NCBI RefSeq assembly: GCF_001673365.1
Contig: NZ_LZLS01000065.1
Location: forward strand, 69,731-93,730
From: Mycobacterium asiaticum
Lineage (GTDB): Bacteria > Actinomycetota > Actinomycetes > Mycobacteriales > Mycobacteriaceae
Reading direction: 5' to 3'
DNA: 24,000 bases
Made by a program: the position numbers and the translations under genes. The notes under the pieces were generated by a model. The model searched no databases. It saw nothing but the letters and a program-made list of their open reading frames with translations, and had not been told where the DNA came from. Shown piece by piece: positions 8,717 through 17,781 of this stretch; position 1 is the first letter of the stretch, and each line of letters opens with the position of its first letter.

Positions 8717-10186
8717 TCACCAATAGCCAGAACCAAACCCCAGCCGCGTCCTGAACTCCTGCACCTCGGCGTACCCCGGCGGCTTGATCTTCGGCTGATG
8801 GATCGGCTTCGACAATGGGTCGCGCTTGGCCGTGTACTGCTTGCACCACTGCAGCCATTCGACCGCTGCCACGCGTTCATCATCGTCGGTGAGGTGCTCA
8901 ATGCGGTCAGCCATGTCCGCGAGGTAGTGACGCAGCCTACCGACCAGCTCCCAATCGTTGAGGTCGGCAATCAGCCGTTCGCTGAGCGCGTGCTGCACGT
9001 ATGCCTGGCGGGTGAGCTCATTTTCACGCTCGATCCGCTTCTGCTTCTCGACCTCGGCGAGGCGTTCGGCTTCGGTACGTTCGGTGTGGATGAGCGCCCA
9101 TCGCTCGAACAAGGTCATGACGTCCGGCAGCCGCGACTCCAGTGAAATTGTCTTGGTATCCGACCACGACACCTCTGACGAGTAGCGACTGTCGGTGTTC
9201 AGCGTGATCGACAGGCGCCCTGACGGTACATAGTCGTGGGTCGGGATCCGGTACCACGATTCGCGATTGGCGCGTTCGAGTTCCTTGCTCGTCGCTTCGT
9301 GCGGCACTTTGTCTTTCAGCTGAGCGATCCCGACCGAGCACTTGATCGGCGTCACGCCGACTATCACGCAGCCGGACAGCCGGTCACGGTCGTGGTAGCC
9401 GTACCCGCGAGGCTCCCGTCTCGGCCGCTCCTGCACGGTGTAACCGCGAGCTTCGGCCTCTCGTGCCAGGGCGTGCAACAAGCGCAGCGCTCGCTGGCGC
9501 TGCGGTGATCCAATCGAACTCAGCCGATTCTCACTGCGCAGCGCTGCCACCGCGGGGTGCCAGCGCCCGATGCGTTCGGCAGCTACGACCTCGGCTGGCG
9601 GTTGCGTCTTCCACTCCGCTACCGACGACAGCCGCAGCACCTTGTGGTAGTAGTCGACGCCATCCATCAGGATCACTTGCTGGCCGTCTGGTGCCATCTG
9701 CCGCCGGTTGATAATCGCGACCAGGCTCCCGTAGTTGGTGTCATCGTCACGGGTGTTGCGCTCCAGGACGCCACCCGCCTCGATGATGTCCTGCAGCAGT
9801 TTTCGGGTTGGGGTCGGTTCATCGGGCGCTGGCTTGGTGAGCGGTCGTTGCGGCCTACCTTGCTCCGAATGCGCCAACCGCATAATCCGGCTATACGATC
9901 GCCGCTTATTTGGGAAGTGATCAGTCGGATAGTCGCCGTGCTTCAGATAGTAGGCACCCGCAGGCTCGATCGTCGCCTTCCAGCCGCCTTTCTTGGTGAC
10001 ACTGACAAGCCGCCGATTCTGCAAGGCCGCGGCAGTTGCTTTGTACGAAGAGCTTGTCCACCGGCCATCTGGACAACCTTCGTTGATCCAACTGAGTACA
10101 TCGAGCTGGCGGGTGTTGAGTGGAGTATCAAGGGCCACAGGGTATTTCATCACTCCCCGGGCCAGCGTGCTCGTTTCGGTGGACAC
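8717..10186 (-). CDS. Hypothetical protein, 489 aa
   Basis: Long ORF with non-random composition and a charged helical segment (LIHTERTEAERLAEVEKQKRIERENELTRQ). No recognised family. Confidence 0.85.
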   Translation of the reverse strand: MSTETSTLARGVMKYPVALDTPLNTRQLDVLSWINEGCPDGRWTSSSYKATAAALQNRRLVSVTKKGGWKATIEPAGAYYLKHGDYPTDHFPNKRRSYSRIMRLAHSEQGRPQRPLTKPAPDEPTPTRKLLQDIIEAGGVLERNTRDDDTNYGSLVAIINRRQMAPDGQQVILMDGVDYYHKVLRLSSVAEWKTQPPAEVVAAERIGRWHPAVAALRSENRLSSIGSPQRQRALRLLHALAREAEARGYTVQERPRREPRGYGYHDRDRLSGCVIVGVTPIKCSVGIAQLKDKVPHEATSKELERANRESWYRIPTHDYVPSGRLSITLNTDSRYSSEVSWSDTKTISLESRLPDVMTLFERWALIHTERTEAERLAEVEKQKRIERENELTRQAYVQHALSERLIADLNDWELVGRLRHYLADMADRIEHLTDDDERVAAVEWLQWCKQYTAKRDPLSKPIHQPKIKPPGYAEVQEFRTRLGFGSGYW

Positions 10187-10676
10187 CGATCAATAAGACT
10201 GATCGGCACTCACCTCGAGCTGGCCGAGAACGACGACCACTCCTGAGTCGAAGTGCCGATGCGTTCCGCCGAGCACGCCGGGGCGACACGCGACACGCCG
10301 GACAACGCCGACATCCCGAGGCTTTGTCCACAGCAAACTACACTGTTGTGATTCGGGATCGGCTGGCCTGACCTGCGGATATCGTACGTTCTCCACAGAC
10401 GCAGCCCGTCTGAACGGACCGTATCCCCAACGCCGCCGATTTGTTGCGACATCGAGATACCGGGTGTCGTCTGCGGCGCGGCCTATGATCCAAGAAGCCC
10501 AGACCAAAGCCGGTTTGGGCCCGGAGTCCTTGGTCTGGAACCTCTTGGCTGCTTGGTCGGCAGGCCTTGACGGTAACACCGGCGTTCGCCGGGGGCAGCG
10601 GTAACCCGCCGATTGTCCGACCTGGACTTCGCCACGCACGGCAATAACCGTGCCTGAACAGTGCAAGGAGCACAGA

Positions 10677-10925
10677 GTGGCGAAGAGCCAGAAGCCCAAC
10701 AGCCGGCATGTCGTTCCGAACCCGAGCGGTGGGTGGGACGTCAAGAAGCCGGGCGCAAGCCGTTCCAGCGCCCATACCGATACCCAGCAGGAAGCGACCC
10801 AGCGGGCCACCGAGATCGTACGAAACAGCGGTGGCGGCGAGGTCCGGATCCACGGCCGCGACGGCCAGATTCGCGATTCCAACACCGTCGCGCCGGGCAA
10901 CGATCCTTATCCGCCCAAGGGCTGA
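10677..10925 (+). CDS. DUF2188-like small protein
   Basis: GTG start at 10677: MAKSQKPNSRHVVPNPSGGWDVKKPGASRSSAHTDTQQEATQRATEIVRNSGGGEVRIHGRDGQIRDSNTVAPGNDPYPPKG. The HVVPxxxGGWxVKxxGAxR...A...A..I.R..GGGEVxIHGRDGxIRDxxT pattern is typical of DUF2188. Upstream SD is AAGGAG. Confidence 0.85.
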   Translation: MAKSQKPNSRHVVPNPSGGWDVKKPGASRSSAHTDTQQEATQRATEIVRNSGGGEVRIHGRDGQIRDSNTVAPGNDPYPPKG

Positions 10926-10928
10926 ACC

Positions 10929-11549
10929 GTGGCCGAGCCGACCATTCCAAGTATCAGCCTGGGGGGTTTCGTCGAGTTCGCTTCGGCGATGTCGAGCGGT
11001 CGAATTACAGCCGTACAGAACGTGATTGCGAACGAGTTCAGCAGGTATGAACCCAGCCACGACTTCTACCGCCAGTTTCGGGTCGCCATTGCGGAAGGCA
11101 TTGCCAACGGCGATGACGCCTTGCGGATCCGCCTGGCCGTCGATGAATGCATCCCGAAACGCCGCAGCCACTACGAAACGCTCGAGATCGGGTGGAACCG
11201 CTGGCGCCGCGGCAAGAACCTAGAGGTGTTCTCGCAGCCGCTTCCCTGGCACGCCAGCGGCCTCGAAGTGCGGGTATCGCCGCAATTCATCTATCGGGCG
11301 AAATCCGAGCCGCTGCTGGTCTGGCCGTACTTCAAGGATGCCGAATTGTCCCGCGACGGCATCCAGGCAGCCATCCGGCTAACCGAGATGACCCATCCCG
11401 ATCGGAAGCGACGCCCCGCCGTGCTCGACGTGCGCCGTGGAACCCTCTACCAGGCCGCGAAGCGGCGCCGTAAAGGATTCGACGCGTGGCTGACAAGCGA
11501 GGCCGCGGCTTTCGTCTCATTGCTTGAATCAATCAGAAATGTGGCGTGA
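10929..11549 (+). CDS. Hypothetical protein, 206 aa
   Basis: ATG 3 nt after the DUF2188-like stop. Coherent actinobacterial coding composition. Confidence 0.8.
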   Translation: MAEPTIPSISLGGFVEFASAMSSGRITAVQNVIANEFSRYEPSHDFYRQFRVAIAEGIANGDDALRIRLAVDECIPKRRSHYETLEIGWNRWRRGKNLEVFSQPLPWHASGLEVRVSPQFIYRAKSEPLLVWPYFKDAELSRDGIQAAIRLTEMTHPDRKRRPAVLDVRRGTLYQAAKRRRKGFDAWLTSEAAAFVSLLESIRNVA

Positions 11550-11579
11550 CAATCGACATCCCAGGCGCTCACGGCGACG

Positions 11580-12563
11580 ATGGCCACAAAAAAGCGAGTC
11601 ATGCTCGACACCAACCTATGGTCCCGGATCGGTGAGGAGGGCACGGCAACAACGTTTGTCGCAGCCCTGCGCGATATGGGTTACGCGTTCGTCTTGCCGC
11701 CGAGCATGCTTCTCGAAGTCATGCAAACACCCAACGCCGACACGCGGCGCCAGATCGTGGCGGCAATGTCGTCGGCTCAAGGACTGCGCCTCCGCACCGA
11801 GGTTGACCTCTGTACCAACGAGTTTCGCACCGCGCTCCAGCGCAAGCGCCCGGCATGGCTGCGATCAATACCTGACGCCGCTGCCGTCTCAGGCTGGCGC
11901 ACCCACTGGACGAAGCAAGTGTGGCGTGACGCCCGCAACGACTCTGAGAAATTTCACCAGGACGTGGTGCGCCGACCGTCGCTCGCAGCAGTCGACGACT
12001 GGTACGAAACGCAACTCAAGAACAAACAGCGCATGAGGGAAGACGGGTTCTCCAGTGATTTCATCGACCTCGAATTGCGCTGCACGCCCGACGAAGCCAA
12101 CACCGTCATGCCCGGCTGGGATGGATCTTCGACCGCCGGATGGCGGGTGCTGATCGGCGAATACTACTGGTATGTCCTGTCACAACGTCACTCGTCAAAC
12201 GAGACCCAACGGCAGTGGTTCGCCGCCTACCTCGACATCGATCGCATTGTCTCTGATGCTGACGAGTTCGCACAGTTCTTTCTCGCAGAGCTGGAGCCAC
12301 ACGACATCCGTCGTGAGTGGCTGCGATATGCCGTGGGCCACACACAACTTGAGCGGAAAGTGAAAAAGAGCAACGCACTCGACGCGCAGCACAGCATGTA
12401 TCTCGTCGATGCAGATCTCTTCCTGTCGGGCGACCAAGCCTTCGTAGCCGTCCTTCGGGATGTACGGCGTCAAGCACCGTTTCGAATAGCCGATCCGCGC
12501 CGCGTCGAGCTCACGAACTCTTGGACTGATGGCATTATCGCTGCCCTCGCTAGTGTCGCGTGA
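11580..12563 (+). CDS. PIN-like domain protein (putative ribonuclease/toxin)
   Basis: 327 aa. N-terminal VMLDTNLWSRI (first PIN Asp) and C-terminal YLVDADLFLSGDQAFVAVLRD (late PIN acidic residues). Same strand, 30 bp after the preceding gene. Confidence 0.65.
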   Translation: MATKKRVMLDTNLWSRIGEEGTATTFVAALRDMGYAFVLPPSMLLEVMQTPNADTRRQIVAAMSSAQGLRLRTEVDLCTNEFRTALQRKRPAWLRSIPDAAAVSGWRTHWTKQVWRDARNDSEKFHQDVVRRPSLAAVDDWYETQLKNKQRMREDGFSSDFIDLELRCTPDEANTVMPGWDGSSTAGWRVLIGEYYWYVLSQRHSSNETQRQWFAAYLDIDRIVSDADEFAQFFLAELEPHDIRREWLRYAVGHTQLERKVKKSNALDAQHSMYLVDADLFLSGDQAFVAVLRDVRRQAPFRIADPRRVELTNSWTDGIIAALASVA

Positions 12564-12669
12564 GATCCGCTCGCTCCGACAAGAGCATTACCTGAACTCA
12601 TCACGGTCTAGGCAACATTAGATCCGATCCGAGCGGCGAAACCAGTATGGGCTTCGGTCAAAGTTTTCA

Positions 12670-13005
12670 TTAGAAGTACGTAGTGACAACACAAAGTCCG
12701 TCCGCACCGTTGCCGCCAGCGCCAGAAACATTGCCGTTCAACGACGCTCCGCCGCCACCACCCCCAGCACCGTAGGTTCCGCCGTTGCCTCCCGCGTAGC
12801 CTGCACCGGTAGTGGACGCGCCGGCGCCACCTGCACCGGCACCGACTCCGTGGAATGTTGAGGAGGCACCGTCACCGCCGACCGCCCCGCTGCCAGCCGT
12901 TCCGGCACTAAGACTATTTGAGGCCACCGTTCCGCCGCCGCCACCAGCATTCGCGACCGCGCCTGTGGTGATGCCGCCACCCGCTCCGCCTCCAGCTGGC
13001 GGCAC
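12670..13005 (-). CDS. Glycine-rich low-complexity protein, phage-tail/adhesin-tip-like
   Basis: GTG start at 13005. PPAGGGAGGGITTGAVANAGGGGG...GGTYGAGGGGGGASLNGNVSGAGGNGADGLCVVTTYF. The Gly-rich array with an aromatic C-terminus resembles phage tail glycine-rich domains. An in-frame stop lies just upstream, so it may be a remnant. Confidence 0.45.
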   Translation of the reverse strand: MPPAGGGAGGGITTGAVANAGGGGGTVASNSLSAGTAGSGAVGGDGASSTFHGVGAGAGGAGASTTGAGYAGGNGGTYGAGGGGGGASLNGNVSGAGGNGADGLCVVTTYF

Positions 13006-13137
13006 AGGAGGAATTGCGGGACGTACTCAGTCGTCGAAGACCGCACCGAATCACTCGCGCGGTTGCAGAAAGGCCTGCGCACCAGGCGATTTGAGCCCCC
13101 GGGAACGTTCCGTTCCCATCGCATGCCACATTCGCGC

Positions 13138-13932
13138 CTACTGTTCGAGTGAGACCGTAGACGCCGGTAGCGGGGGCTCGTTGATCGTCGACAGCAGGTC
13201 GCCAACTGCAGAACGGACGTCGGCGACGAGGGCACCACGCTCGTCGAGTCCGACCGCCTCGGCCCACGGCCAGGACCGCGTGACCTCCAGACTGGGACGT
13301 AGATGGACATCGCGACGACCAAGACGATCGAGGAACCCGTCAACCTGCTCATCGTCCTCTGGCCCGGCGTACTGACGACTCCGCAGCCATGGCCACAAGG
13401 TCGACTTGAGATCCTCGCGTGGATGCCCGCCCACCCGAGTGAAGTCATCCCCCGACCAGCGCACGATGTACTCGATCGGGTCCAGGTTGCAGTGCGGGTA
13501 TAGGCGCAGCGGAGCCCCAGCGTTACGAAACGCGAGGTACACGTTGGGACGGGCATGCCAGATCGCGTCCGGCTCTGAAAGCAGTTTGATGAGTCTGGGT
13601 GCCCGCTCGGTCCGGTACAGGGCTTTGGCTTGGGGTTTAAGCTCCGCCAACCAAGTGCGCAAAATCAGGGTGTCGCCGTGCTGCTCCAAGCAGAGCCGCT
13701 GAGTCGATACCGTGCCGATCGCGTCATCGAGCATCGTGACGCCTCCGATCGCGGGAGGCATCACGGGGCGCACGTCATGAACACCGAGAGATTGCCGCAG
13801 GACCCCGATTAGTCGACGCTCGCGGAGATCGTGGTCGTTGCCGGCCTTGCCGAGCGTTCGTGATCGGATTCCGTCATCACCACGGGCGTTGGAGACTGCA
13901 TCGAAGTTGTCGTTGGTCACCTCATCAATCAT
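13138..13932 (-). CDS. Hypothetical protein, up to 264 aa
   Basis: Coherent ORF (AWLAELKPQAKALYRTERAPRLIKLLSEPDAIWHARPNVYLAFRNAGAPLRLYP...). Start codon uncertain. No recognised family. Confidence 0.65.
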   Translation of the reverse strand: MIDEVTNDNFDAVSNARGDDGIRSRTLGKAGNDHDLRERRLIGVLRQSLGVHDVRPVMPPAIGGVTMLDDAIGTVSTQRLCLEQHGDTLILRTWLAELKPQAKALYRTERAPRLIKLLSEPDAIWHARPNVYLAFRNAGAPLRLYPHCNLDPIEYIVRWSGDDFTRVGGHPREDLKSTLWPWLRSRQYAGPEDDEQVDGFLDRLGRRDVHLRPSLEVTRSWPWAEAVGLDERGALVADVRSAVGDLLSTINEPPLPASTVSLEQ

Positions 13933-14047
13933 TACGGCGTTGTCGGGTGATGCGCACTCGCTTCATCAAAGTCGAATAGGAGGTCGCCGGTCTTGCCCTC
14001 GCGGACGCGTTCCTTCACCTGTCTGCCTGGCTCGATACGATCGGCCT

Positions 14048-14740
14048 ATGCCCGATGAGCCCAGCGACGACTCTGGCGACCGCGCAAGCGATCCAGGAGA
14101 AGAGCGGTCCATGGGCGATGGAGCATCCGCTCTCGGCGCGCTATTCGCCGAGCAATTGCCGAACGTTCAGCGCCTGCTCGACGAACTGGCGAACGAACAC
14201 CCCGATCTCGACGATCAGGCGAAGATTCGACGCGTCAAAGCACGCGCCGCGCGAAAAATCGCGAGCGCACTAAGAAACGACGACACCGAGCAGCTCCGAG
14301 AGGCTGTGGCCGAATTAGCGGTGGCAATCGCGCTCATACGCCGCTTAAAACCACGGACAGAAGCAGAGTTCGCAGAACTTGGCGCGCGGCTCATGGAGTC
14401 AGCCGAGAAGACCGCGAATCGCCATCAACGCGTCGGTGTTGCAGTGCCGCACGCTGTTTCGGGGATCGAGCGGGTGGCACGACAAATACAACCGATAGTG
14501 GCGGAGCAACTGTTCCGAGCTTTGGGCGGCGCCAAGCCGAAGCAGCCGGGTGCGGCGCGCGATGCATACAAGAGCATGCGGTCGACCGTTTGGCGTGCAC
14601 GTCATAACCGGGAAGTTACGGCTGCGACTGCGACCGCTGCCGCGGCAGCGGTTTCGCGCGCTGTGGATGCTGCGGCCCCGAGGCTCATCGTGCGTATGGT
14701 CGATCGGTCCATGAAGCCCAAACGCACGCATCCCAAATAG
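14048..14740 (+). CDS. Hypothetical protein, about 230 aa, mostly helical
   Basis: ATG 14048 (MPDEPSDDSGDRASDPGEERSMGDGASALGALFAEQLPNVQRLLDEL...) in frame with the 13838..14740 ORF. The segment upstream of this ATG is antisense to 13138..13932 and probably noncoding. Confidence 0.75.
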   Translation: MPDEPSDDSGDRASDPGEERSMGDGASALGALFAEQLPNVQRLLDELANEHPDLDDQAKIRRVKARAARKIASALRNDDTEQLREAVAELAVAIALIRRLKPRTEAEFAELGARLMESAEKTANRHQRVGVAVPHAVSGIERVARQIQPIVAEQLFRALGGAKPKQPGAARDAYKSMRSTVWRARHNREVTAATATAAAAAVSRAVDAAAPRLIVRMVDRSMKPKRTHPK

Positions 14741-14913
14741 AGCTAGCTACCTAACTCCTCTTATTGTTAGTCGCTTTCGTCCTTTTGGACTCGTCAGCAC
14801 AGACACACATCTGTGGAGCGAATATGACAAGCAGACGACGTATCGGAAATTTCCGAGCAGACCGCGCAGTCCCCCGGACTGTCGAACTGCACGTCATGTT
14901 CGCTCCCACGGCA

Positions 14914-15396
14914 TCAACGGGTTCTGACGATGACATTGAAATCGTCGAAGAAGCGGCCGACTGTACCGTCCCGTAGAGCGACGATCCTGGCTCCACCGAG
15001 CCTCCAGCGCTGCAGCCGTTGGTCGTAGTCATCCAAAATGGCGTTGGCCCGCTCAACTCCCAACACGCGCACCGCAATGTTGTATACCCAGCGCTGATGA
15101 TCATGCTCCGCACGATCGAGCTCATCGATAATCTGGACGCGGGCAGTCTCGTCAGTCACGAAGTGTGCGTCGATCAGGTATTGGGTGTGGAATGCGTCCG
15201 GAAGGATTGATCCGCTTGGATCACTGCCGGACGACTCCTGATCGTCCTCGGAGCTGTAATAGAACGAGGTCGCTTCGCCTGGCGCATTCTTTGCATGGCG
15301 CTGCGGATCCTGGCCGTCGACTTCGATATCCGACCGGAATCTCACTCCGCTGTACCAAATATGGGACATATTCACACTTTCTCCCCATCGCGGCAT
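14914..15396 (-). CDS. Hypothetical protein, 160 aa (possible internal start 15369)
   Basis: Coherent acidic ORF (FVTDETARVQIIDELDRAEHDHQRWVYNIAVRVLGVERANAILDDYDQRLQRWRLGGARIVALRDGTVGRFFDD). Confidence 0.65.
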   Translation of the reverse strand: MPRWGESVNMSHIWYSGVRFRSDIEVDGQDPQRHAKNAPGEATSFYYSSEDDQESSGSDPSGSILPDAFHTQYLIDAHFVTDETARVQIIDELDRAEHDHQRWVYNIAVRVLGVERANAILDDYDQRLQRWRLGGARIVALRDGTVGRFFDDFNVIVRTR

Positions 15397-15423
15397 GCGT
15401 TGCCATTCACCGATAGGTGAAGC

Positions 15424-15440
15424 GTGTATTTCCGATACAC
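15424..15440. repeat. Small perfect inverted repeat GTGTAT-ttccg-ATACAC
   Basis: Direct reading, 6-bp arms with a 5-nt loop, immediately beside the larger hairpin. Confidence 0.5.
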
Positions 15441-15441
15441 A

Positions 15442-15485
15442 AGATGAGGCTTCCGCCCTAGGGGACTAGGGCAGGGGCCTCATCT
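15442..15485. terminator. Long stem-loop, candidate terminator or structured RNA element
   Basis: AGATGAGGC...GCCTCATCT (9 bp) plus inner GCCCTAG-GGGA-CTAGGGC (7 bp), joined by two G-U wobbles, one C-G pair and one C-A mismatch, giving an almost continuous 20-position stem with a GGGA loop. No U-tract. Downstream of the minus-strand 15681..16982 gene. Confidence 0.5.
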
Positions 15486-15680
15486 CGTATGTCTGCTGTC
15501 AATATGTCGGCAATGCCAGACACAGTACAAGTTGGAATCTGTCAGATAGACAACTCAAGATTAATTAAACATATTATGGCCAATAACGCAATGGATCATT
15601 GAAGAACAACGCCGCAACGAACCACATGCCAAAGCGGGTGAGCGTTCATCGGAGATTTGTTATCTCCCGTCGAGCGCTAA

Positions 15681-16982
15681 TCACCGATTGCCGTCTTCCT
15701 TCGCACTGGGATCCTGCTTTGGGTCAGGGGCTGCTGAAGGGTCACTCGTTGTCGGGTGATGCGGGGTGCCGGCGTTGTCGCCCTGCAAATCGACGGTGCG
15801 TGTCTTGGCATCAGGATTCTCGTCATCTGCTGGCGGTGTAAGTAGCGCTTCAATGCCCGGTCGCTTCTCGTCGTGAACGAGCGTGATGACAACAAAATTG
15901 CCGTTTGTATCGGCGACGTCCCACAGGCGCAGCGAGTCAACGCGCTGCGTAAGCAATGCCAAGAGATGAAGTGACTCCTCGAAGGCACGCATGAACAGCT
16001 GCGTAGTACGACCTTCGTCTGAATCGAAGAACACCTCGTTGCGTCCATCGAGGAGTTTTTGGAGGTCATACGGCAGCCATTGCGGCCAGTTACTCACGTC
16101 GCTATGCAGCTCCGATTGGCACCGCTTGGCCACAAACGCATAGTCGCCATCCGTCAGCCACTGACTTGTGAAGACGAGATGCTTGAACAACTCCCACGGC
16201 AGCACGAGGCGGTCATCGGTCTTCATGTACTCACGGGCAGCCGTGTTGTATAGAGCGGAACCAACAGCGCTGATGGCCGCGAAGAACAGATGAGTCGCGT
16301 CGTTGCGTTGTTTAGCGGGAAACTCCTGAACCGCTGCCAAGAGTTCAGGAAGAGCCACCCCGACCGTCCGGCTGCTGGCAGCAGGGTCTTGGTGTAGGGC
16401 AGCAGCGATCATCAGCGCATCGAAGATGGCACTAACACGAGCTGGCTCGGGAAGTCTGGCTATGCGCGCCGCCTCCTTGGCTTCCCATTCGCCTGGCGCC
16501 CAGCAGAGCGACTTCTGAAGCGTAAGGACGTGCACGGCGAAGCTGCCAATGACAGCCTGCGCCCGCGAATAGTATTGCTTTTCACCTAATCTCGGTACAT
16601 CTTCCCCCGGTTCAACCGCAGGAGCGTACAAAAGTTTTTGCCGCTCGCCGAGATTGAGCATGAACGCGCCGTCGAGATTCAGTTCATGGTTCAGGATTAC
16701 CCATCGCTGATCCGCAATCCCACTGCCGGTCACCGACGACCGCCGGTAGCTGTGCACAACACACTTCAGCGCTTCAACAGTCGCCATAGCTAGATCGACG
16801 CCCTGGCTGCGCCGACGCTCGTGCTCATCCTCGCTGATGCGCAATCGCTGCAGCATGGCTCCGCCGCTACGCACCTTCGGCGCCGTGATGCCCTCACGCT
16901 TTTTGAGTTCGTGCAGCTCTCGCACTACGTCGTCGACTGTCGGGGGTCTGGTGCCTGGCGCGTCCCCAAGGGTGGTCGTCAC
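15681..16982 (-). CDS. Hypothetical protein, 433 aa
   Basis: Long coherent ORF (WVILNHELNLDGAFMLNLGERQKLLYAPAVEPGEDVPRLGEKQYYSRAQAVIGSFAVHVLTLQKSL...). No recognised domain. Confidence 0.85.
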   Translation of the reverse strand: MTTTLGDAPGTRPPTVDDVVRELHELKKREGITAPKVRSGGAMLQRLRISEDEHERRRSQGVDLAMATVEALKCVVHSYRRSSVTGSGIADQRWVILNHELNLDGAFMLNLGERQKLLYAPAVEPGEDVPRLGEKQYYSRAQAVIGSFAVHVLTLQKSLCWAPGEWEAKEAARIARLPEPARVSAIFDALMIAAALHQDPAASSRTVGVALPELLAAVQEFPAKQRNDATHLFFAAISAVGSALYNTAAREYMKTDDRLVLPWELFKHLVFTSQWLTDGDYAFVAKRCQSELHSDVSNWPQWLPYDLQKLLDGRNEVFFDSDEGRTTQLFMRAFEESLHLLALLTQRVDSLRLWDVADTNGNFVVITLVHDEKRPGIEALLTPPADDENPDAKTRTVDLQGDNAGTPHHPTTSDPSAAPDPKQDPSAKEDGNR

Positions 16983-17141
16983 GCGCCCATTACACCATCC
17001 AGCTTGGGCAAACCACCTCGATTGAACCCCATGTTTGCCCGCGGCGTGCGCGCCAAAAGTGACCGGTCAATCCACATATCGACCGGAAGCCGAAATGTGG
17101 CGCCATTAGAAGGCACGCAATCCGACCGAAGGGCGCATCAG

Positions 17142-17741
17142 ATGACCTGCAACTTGGACTCGACCATCCGTGGTCTTGACGCAGCGATCACCGAGTACGG
17201 CTCCGCCACCGTCTCGGCCGCCGAGGTCGTCAGTGACCTGCTCGGTGTCAGCGCATTCGGCGGTGGGCAGCTAGCCACGACGCTCGTGGAGCTACGGCAG
17301 CAGGTGAGCGGGCACCAGTCGATGACGAATCGGCGCGCGGCGGCGCTGGTCGCTGCGCCCCGCGATCCTGCCGCGCTCTTCGACAATCCGCAGGCAGCTG
17401 CCGCACGAGTTCTTCTGCGCTCAGCACTCCGCCTCGTCCACGACGTCGGCTTCACGCTGCTCGACGAGGTCGCAGTTGGCGAGCGTGCATTCGCGGCCGT
17501 CCGGTCGTACGGCGAACTGTCCCCGTTGGCCGACCAGCTGGCACGGGCCGATCACATCACTGCCTTCGACGCGGCGCGAACGCTCGGGCGCCCGGTCGGC
17601 AATCACCGTGACTTCGTCGTGCGTTGCACCGTCATCGGCCTCGGCGAAGCGCTCAACGCAGAGGAAGAACCCGACCTTCCGTTATCGGTCTCAGTCGAAA
17701 CCTGGCTGAGCCGTGCCCGCTTCCGTCAGCAGCGTCGCTGA
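17142..17741 (+). CDS. Hypothetical protein, 199 aa, first gene of the plus-strand operon
   Basis: ATG 17142: MTCNLDSTIRGLDAAITEYGSATVSAAEVVSDLLGVSAFGGGQLATTLVELRQQVSG..., in frame with the 16821..17741 ORF. Confidence 0.75.
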   Translation: MTCNLDSTIRGLDAAITEYGSATVSAAEVVSDLLGVSAFGGGQLATTLVELRQQVSGHQSMTNRRAAALVAAPRDPAALFDNPQAAAARVLLRSALRLVHDVGFTLLDEVAVGERAFAAVRSYGELSPLADQLARADHITAFDAARTLGRPVGNHRDFVVRCTVIGLGEALNAEEEPDLPLSVSVETWLSRARFRQQRR

Positions 17742-17781
17742 TCTCTATCGACAACACCATCCTGAAAGGAGATCAGTACTC

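Noticed and set aside
9557-10246. 229 aa plus-strand ORF
   Set aside because: Antisense shadow of the 489 aa gene.
10190-11171. Minus-strand ORFs 10190..10900 and 10338..11171
   Set aside because: They overlap the well-supported DUF2188-like and 206 aa plus-strand genes and show no coherent protein character.
12670-13005. Tandem repeat or CRISPR-like array
   Set aside because: The repetition is irregular GCC/GGN codon repetition encoding Gly-rich protein. There are no fixed-length repeat units or spacers.
12738-13556. 272 aa minus-strand ORF
   Set aside because: Rich in Arg/Ser/Pro shadow composition. It overlaps the glycine-rich ORF and the 13138..13932 gene in another frame.
14798-14815. 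CACAGA-cacaca-TCTGTG hairpin
   Set aside because: Only 6-bp arms with no U-tract or conserved context visible. Could be chance, so not called as a terminator.
14751-15125. 124 aa minus-strand ORF
   Set aside because: Ser/Thr-rich out-of-frame overlap with the better supported 14914..15396 ORF.
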